From: Patescibacteria group bacterium
Lineage (GTDB): Bacteria; Patescibacteriota; Patescibacteriia; SG8-24; DYFX01
Direction of reading: 5' to 3'
DNA length: 64,000 nt
Assembly: GCA_030583805.1 (NCBI GenBank)
Contig: CP129476.1
Location: 245,453-309,452, forward strand
Shown: in pieces, positions 62,079 through 64,000 of the stretch
Numbering within the stretch: position 1 is the stretch's first letter
Layout of the letters: every line of letters starts with the position of its first letter
The notes under the pieces: model-generated
Told to the model about the DNA's origin: nothing
Databases searched by the model: none
The model's input: only the letters and a program-made list of their open reading frames with translations
Program-made: the position numbers and the translations under genes

Positions 62079-64000
62079 TTACATGCGCTTTAAAGCGCGT
62101 TCCAGAACCGGATACACCAAGAGCGCGCCGTCAGGGCTGAGGTGATTCTGATCGCCGTAAAGGAATTTTCCATCTTTGACCAACGGGCAGATCTCCTGTC
62201 CGCAGTACAAGTCGGTAAAATCGAGCACTTCAACCCCGTTACCAGCATACGCGGCGAGCTGCGATGCATAGCCGTCCTGCTGCGCGGCGTATTCCTCTCT
62301 CGTAAGACCGTGCGTGTTGATGGCCTGATCCGTATTCAGCCTTCTTCGCAAAGTATCCCTGGGATGCTTCTCCTGAACCGGATTATCGACAACGAGGTGA
62401 ACGCGTACGCCGATCGAGCGATAGAGGGCAACCGTGCGATCGAGCCAAGCACGCATCTGCGTGCTTCGCCCCTCCGCGAGCAGATGATCATAGTTCGACC
62501 AGCGGAACGCTATGATAACGTCGCCGATCTCGTGATCGCGGATATAACGGAAAACCTGCTCGTTCTCCGTCCGGCACGGTTCCTCTGTCAGGCACGCCTT
62601 GGTCAACACGTAGAGAAAGCTCGTGTCGTGTTCGTGTCCGTATTTCGCGAAGGCCGGCAGAAACGCGCCCGCATGCGAATCACCCATGATGAACGCCGCC
62701 GGCGGTGCGGCCTGCTGGCCGATTTTCCAGAACCAATCAGGGTCTCCGACTTTCACGGCAGCTGATTCTGCCGTCGCGATGGAGATCGTGCGCACGTAGT
62801 CCCCCAAACGGCGCGCGACCGGACGAAACCCGAATCCCCCGTCCCAATACGTCAAAAAACCGATGAGGCCGAGGAGTGACAGCCAGGCCAGCAGATACTT
62901 CACCGCTGTCTTCGAGGCGAGTCCGAAGCGCATCGGGCGCTCGACGTACGCATACGTGAGGCCAGCAAGAACGAACGCCGCCGCGACCAAGAGCAAGCGC
63001 CATGGCCAAGCAGGCGTGCCGCCGGTCAAGATCCGCGCGTATGACAGCAGCGGCCAGTGCCAAAGATAGAGCGGAAAACTGATGAGTCCGCACCATACGA
63101 GCGGCCGCAACGACAAAACACGTCGATTAAACCAAGCTGAAGCCCCGCCAACGATCGTAAAAACAGCTCCGAGCGTCGGCAGGAGCGCCCACCAGCCAGG
63201 AAAAGCCTCTTCCTTCACGATCAGCGTGAAGCCGAGCAGAAGGAGATAGGCCCCGAGAAAAGCAACGATGTTTCCCAGGGCGTTCTCCTTCGGCCAGCCA
63301 GGAATTCTGCGCCCGCCTTTTTCCAGCCAGCGTTCCGAAGCCTCCCAAGCATCCGACCATCGGCCGCGATGCTCCCGGGAGACGGCAGCCGCCGCCGCGC
63401 CAATCATCAGTTCCCAAGCACGCGTGGCAGGCGAGTAGAACCCCGCTGCCGCTTCGTTCATCGAAAAAATATTCGCGACGAAAGAGAGCCCGCCGAAGAC
63501 AGCAATCGGGAACATCGGGTGCGCGCGGCGGCGATGCGCGATCCAGAGCACGACAGGAAAAAGCAGATAGAACTGCTCTTCAATGGCGAGCGACCAGAGG
63601 TGCAGCAACGCTTTGCGATCCGCTGCGACATCGAAGTAGCCGATTTCGTTCCACAACAGGAAATTTGAACTGAACGTCGCTCCGCCCAGCACGTGCAAGC
63701 CGAGCTTTCTCAATTCGACGGCGTCGAAGGTAAACCAGGCAACGAGATATGCCGCTGCCAGGACAGCAATGAGCGCCGGAAAAATGCGCCGGATGCGGCG
63801 GCCATAAAACTCGCGGAACCGGAAACGACCGCTCGCGAGCCCATTTAGGATGATCGTCGTAATCAGGAAACCGGAGATGACGAAAAAAACGTCAACACCG
63901 ATGAAACCGGCTGGAAGGAGCCCCGGAAAGGCGTGAAACGCCACCACGCCTAAGACGGCGAGCCCGCGGAGGCCGTCAATATCGGGGCGGTATGTTGGAC
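62079..64000 (-). CDS. acyltransferase family 3 (OafA/YrhL-like) membrane protein with C-terminal SGNH domain; N-terminus runs off the window
   Basis: Multi-TM AT3 domain (VDVFFVISGFLIT, LWSLAIEEQFY), then an SGNH-like C-terminal part (GDSHAG). The ORF is still open at the window end. Confidence 0.7.
   Translation of the reverse strand, partial: PTYRPDIDGLRGLAVLGVVAFHAFPGLLPAGFIGVDVFFVISGFLITTIILNGLASGRFRFREFYGRRIRRIFPALIAVLAAAYLVAWFTFDAVELRKLGLHVLGGATFSSNFLLWNEIGYFDVAADRKALLHLWSLAIEEQFYLLFPVVLWIAHRRRAHPMFPIAVFGGLSFVANIFSMNEAAAGFYSPATRAWELMIGAAAAAVSREHRGRWSDAWEASERWLEKGGRRIPGWPKENALGNIVAFLGAYLLLLGFTLIVKEEAFPGWWALLPTLGAVFTIVGGASAWFNRRVLSLRPLVWCGLISFPLYLWHWPLLSYARILTGGTPAWPWRLLLVAAAFVLAGLTYAYVERPMRFGLASKTAVKYLLAWLSLLGLIGFLTYWDGGFGFRPVARRLGDYVRTISIATAESAAVKVGDPDWFWKIGQQAAPPAAFIMGDSHAGAFLPAFAKYGHEHDTSFLYVLTKACLTEEPCRTENEQVFRYIRDHEIGDVIIAFRWSNYDHLLAEGRSTQMRAWLDRTVALYRSIGVRVHLVVDNPVQEKHPRDTLRRRLNTDQAINTHGLTREEYAAQQDGYASQLAAYAGNGVEVLDFTDLYCGQEICPLVKDGKFLYGDQNHLSPDGALLVYPVLERALKRM

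Overview
The window is a high-GC (about 60-65%) stretch of a bacterial chromosome. Its housekeeping gene set (minus strand unless noted) is: rpoD and dnaG as an operon, tRNA-Ser (plus strand), lgt, gatC-gatA, ligA, lepA, murJ, recJ, rnhA, pepF (plus strand), and a fermentative ATP module porABCD + pduL-like phosphotransacylase + ackA. It also carries a near-complete type IV pilus locus (pilM-N-O, pilB, REC domain, pilC, several pilins, pilD, minor pilins) with two giant Cys/Asp-rich secreted proteins directly upstream. Several compositionally foreign (AT-rich) islands interrupt this backbone. One is a Gabija-like pair (OLD-family ATPase/Toprim nuclease plus UvrD-like helicase) next to a large serine recombinase and tRNA-Asn. 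A phage-like segment contains a ParB-nuclease/DNA-methyltransferase fusion, a second methyltransferase and a terminase-small-subunit-like HTH protein. It is preceded by an uncharacterised two-gene cassette whose first protein looks like a proteasome/HslV-type Ntn-hydrolase with an N-terminal Ser, which I consider the best candidate for a new system. An AT-rich three-gene operon of unknown function lies at the window start. There are also secreted M23 peptidases, one carrying three ~100-aa C-terminal repeats. No CRISPR array was seen. All calls rest on reading motifs in the supplied translations and the DNA. No database search was possible, so the products for the hypothetical proteins are inferences.
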